Source of the DNA: Nemertoderma westbladi
Lineage: Eukaryota > Animalia > Xenacoelomorpha
Assembly (NCBI GenBank): GCA_032718475.1
Contig: JAUCBJ010008931.1
Span: forward strand, 1 to 47,457
Reading direction: 5' to 3'
DNA: 47,457 bases
The position numbers were made by a program, and so were the translations under genes. The notes below the pieces were generated by a model. It had not been told where the DNA came from. It searched no databases and saw only the letters and a list, made by a program, of their open reading frames with translations. Of the stretch, positions 43,576 to 47,457 are shown one piece after another; positions within the stretch are counted from its first letter, which is position 1; every line of letters begins with the position of its first letter.

Positions 43576-44994
43576 TATTACCGGTATTCAAAATCAACAA
43601 AATGATGATAATAAAAATATAGTAAGTAGGCTAATTTCAAATCAGTCAATAAAGACTGAAAATATAAAAATAGGTTGGGACACTACACTTCGACAGAGAA
43701 CGTGCCTAGACTGCTGCACTGATAAACTCAAACCCCATCAACTAAAAGCGAAAATAATAAGAATCAGAAGAATAGGCCTACCGGTAATGATCTTGACAGC
43801 TTGATCTTACTGTGAATTGTACCGTACCTTAGGCCCCTATAACTGTACAAGGATGTGCCTATAAGGTCATTATTACTGTCTGACTGTACTACAGTCAGAC
43901 AATACAGCAATAGCCCAATGCAACAGCTGAACAGGCCTACTGTCAGTGTCAGACTGTGTATGCCTAGGCATATATATTTAAAAAAATCACTACCAAAACG
44001 AGTTTGGAGTTACCGGTCAGACTCTAGGCTACCGGCAGACCATTAAGTGTTTTTGACAAACCTGTCCTAAAACCTGAAAACAGTGAATAACAGTTTTCGG
44101 TACCGGTGCCATCAACCCTGAATGAATGAATAATTCGTTTAATTTCCTGTACATAATGGAGGAATGTAAATAGGAAAATTACCGTTAATCACAAACACAG
44201 ATTACATAAAACTTTATAATTACAGAAACAATACGTTAAAATTACTTTAAAAAGTATGATAAAATCCCCCCCCCCCTGCCCCCCCGGTAGCTAAAAATTG
44301 AATAATTCCAGTAAAAATAAATAAAACTTTAAACCGTATATGTCACTTGTTAGCTGAGATTAGCAACTTAATAAGTAAAATAATAAATAAATAAATAAAA
44401 ATTGAAAATACGTCAGTACGTTGACAATTGAACGATGGACAATTGAACGATGGACGATTGACAGTGGCCTCTTTAACTTCTTTTTGAGATTCTTTGGAAT
44501 GAGGGGGACCCACGCAACCGCACAGTACATATATTGTGGTACAATGTAAGTTTCAAAGAGAAATATTTTTGTATCTTTATTTGCAAACCGGATGAAAAAA
44601 CTGAATTGGCGAACTATGTAATTTACCCTTTTTATATAAGTTTAAATACCGGTACCGGTATATGAGTTTTCCATGATAGATTATTTGCAATCCATATTCC
44701 AAGATGTTTCACTTCGGACGGACGCGGAACCTCGTCACCATCTATGTGGATTATTTCTTCTGCGATATCTAGAACATTCTGATCTTTAAAGTAATTGGAT
44801 TTTAATTGCAACTACTTCAGCAAGTCAGATGGCAACTGGTAATTGGTAGTCTTTTGACTTGTGCTTAGATGTTGAATCTGTAACTCAGAAATCAGCCACT
44901 CACTGACAGACTGACTCAGGTAATACTGTAGGCCTAATACTGTAATAGAAATAACCTCATTAAATATTAGCCAATAGATGTCCACCTTTACCTT

Positions 44995-45667
44995 CCCAGC
45001 AAAGTCACATCCTTCGAAATTGCTACTAATATGCTGCTAATTTGATCGAAATAAATTTTCTTCGAAATTATCAGCATTTTCGCCGTCTAAATTGTCTGAT
45101 AATTCAGTCTACAATTCGTAGTATAAATTATCCTTCTAAACGAAGGATAAATTCGAAGACTATTCGAAGATTCTGAAGATTTAGCTAGTTTTTAGCCGGC
45201 AAATAGAAGGATAAATATGCCTACTATTCGCCGGATAAATTATCCTTCTAAACGAAGGATAAATTTGTAGACTTTTCGAAGGGTGGATGAATTGATAATT
45301 TTTATCCTTCGTTTAGAAGGATAATTTATGCTGCTATTCGAAGGATAAATTATCCTTCTAAATGAAGGCTAAATTTGTAGACTTTTCGAAGGGTGGATGA
45401 ATTTATAGTTTTTATCCTGCGTTTAGATTAGAATGATAATTTATGCTACTATTCGAAGGATAAATTACCTTATATTCGAAGGATAAATTACCTTCTAAAC
45501 GAAGGATAAATTTGTAGACTTTTCGAAGGTTGGATCATTTAGCTTAGTTTTGTTTAGTTATGCATAGTTACTGTATGTTATGTTTTATCCGGCAAATTCT
45601 GAGAGTAAAATAATAATTATATACTGTAGTTATGCCTACTAATAATCCGAATATTTTTTTATCTGGG
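44995..45667. mobile_element. Non-autonomous DNA element with CCCAG...CTGGG ends and internal palindromic repeats (EnSpm/CMC-like)
   Basis: Many direct and inverted GGATAAATTATCCTTCTAAACGAAGGATAAA units. TSD not evident. Confidence 0.55.
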
Positions 45668-46955
45668 GACCATATTTAGCAGTAAATTTAGTACAAAGTT
45701 ATCAGTTCTTTAGAATTGTCGATTATATAATAATATATAATCTGAAGCAAAGAAAATTGATCTATATTATGTCCAGTGCCATTCATATTGTTTTATGAAA
45801 TAAATCCATTAATTACTGTGCTGTAATGCTGTGTCTGTCCTTAAAGATGCGGAAATCCATGTATCCAGAGTCTGCAGGTCTGAGTGTATGGCAGAGCTAG
45901 AGGTAAAGGCGATGTCCATAATGCCCTACAGTATGTTACTGTCAGAATGTCAGACACCTGTAAAAACGAGACTACAGTATCTGACTACAGTATGTCTTTC
46001 AGGCAGTCAGGGAAATCCTGGGCCGCACATATTTTTTCAGTATTAATACGTGTGCTATATCCGAAACTGAAAGTTTTAAAAAATATACCTTTTATACTAC
46101 AGTATAACGATACAGAAACTATTTAGTCTACTGCTCTATACTGTATAAAATTTATTCTTAATTAATAATTATTTTTTAATCTTTTTTTTAATATACAAGT
46201 TTTAATACAGTATTTAACATTTTAATATTCAGATATTTTCTTGCTATCATGCACCCCGGTCAGCCTGTACAATCAGCACGTCGCACATCAGCACATGTAC
46301 ACATGTAATTAACAGTACAACATATCGCAGCGCAGTTGGAAGTTCCGTACCTGCTGACCCGTACCGTATTTTTTCGTTGGAATACATAATACTGCAGCAC
46401 ACTGTCAGATCTCAGACTGAACACTGAACCCACGACCTCCAAGAGATGTGAATTCAATGCAACCACTACACCAAGGTCTCTTTGATTAAGAAAATGAATT
46501 AAATAATTATTGAATGCTTTTAAATTTAATGTTGTAATTTAGTGTCGTAATTCAAAAACATGACACCCCCTCCCCTTCCTCAACTTTTATACAAATTTTA
46601 ATGAATAGCATGATATGAAACAGAGTTACAGTAGTTTCACCTCCCTCATCCGTAGTAACTGAGACAGAATTTGTATTTTTGCTTTTTATTCTTTAGCAAC
46701 AAGCGTTTGAAAAAAGTGTCACCGGCGGCGATATCATCACCAGTCCCATCTCAGTTATTCAACCTTATATTAATTTGTTGGTTCTGATGGAAAGCTGACC
46801 ATGCAACGATTCCAAATATGTAAAAAATTTAAATTTAGGAAATACAGTTGCTGAGATATGGGCTTTCGAAAGTTGAATGTTTTTTTCACGGCGCAAGGCT
46901 ATTTTTATATTTAATAAATAAACCATGTTCTAGAACATGATGTAAAAACGTAACT

Positions 46956-47457
46956 AGGGGGTGTTCGATAAAGTATGTCACGCACTGGGGGGGGGGGGGG
47001 GGGGGGTCGAGCTTGCGTGACATTTTGTGACAGGGGGGGGGGGGGGGGGGGGGTGTCGACTTTTGTGACGGTTACGGCGATGTTCTAGGCTTTAATGTTA
47101 GCTTGACTTTGACTTAAAACATATGTGTAGATGAGTGGGTAACTTTAAGGACAACAATACACTCAATAATATTGAGTATAATCGATAAATTGAGGAGGAC
47201 ATAGAAACCTATAGATGGCCACTTGACTTGTCAGTGGGGAAGGGAAATGTAGATATAGTGCTTGAATTTATATTGTATTTTGTTATAACAAACATTGTGT
47301 ATTATTGATATAAAATATTTCTTGTTTGGGAGACGGGGGACGGGGTATTGTTTGGGGGTATTACAAATTTACCAATGAGACAGAGGGGCGAGAGGTGGGA
47401 CTCGAGCTTGCGTGACATTTTGAAACAGAGCGGGGTGGGGAGGGGGGGGGGGGTGTG
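46956..47457. mobile_element. Probable MITE with poly-G tracts, running off the window end
   Basis: GGGGGTGTTCGATAAAGTATGTCACGC start. TCGAGCTTGCGTGACATTTTG is repeated near 47007 and 47402. Confidence 0.5.

Overview
Animal genomic DNA. Bases 1 to ~11,243 are the right-hand part of an endogenous Polinton/Maverick (adintovirus-like) element with all genes on the + strand: packaging ATPase, chromodomain-tailed integrase, two minor capsid paralogues, core proteins, major capsid and adenain protease. Its DNA polymerase is not in the window. It carries two unusual accessory genes: a TATA-binding-protein-like ORF that runs off the left edge and is longer than the supplied ORF, and a DEDD/Maelstrom-like nuclease ORF. 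The host region holds five 3' exons of a divergent TRAPPC9 gene (+ strand, 12,499-23,380), only partly captured by the ORF track. Its introns contain antisense intronless genes (a Pelle/IRAK kinase and a plant-like cold-shock protein), Helentron-type elements, a Harbinger MITE and a well-formed type III hammerhead ribozyme inside a long hairpin. Further right are a Gypsy Gag capsid fused to a hydrophobic tail, an intronless LEDGF-like gene with an apparent inserted PUR repeat, and tandem CNDP2 genes, one of which looks catalytically dead. MITEs, LINE fragments and minisatellites fill the gaps. All family assignments come from motif recognition by eye; no database search was run.
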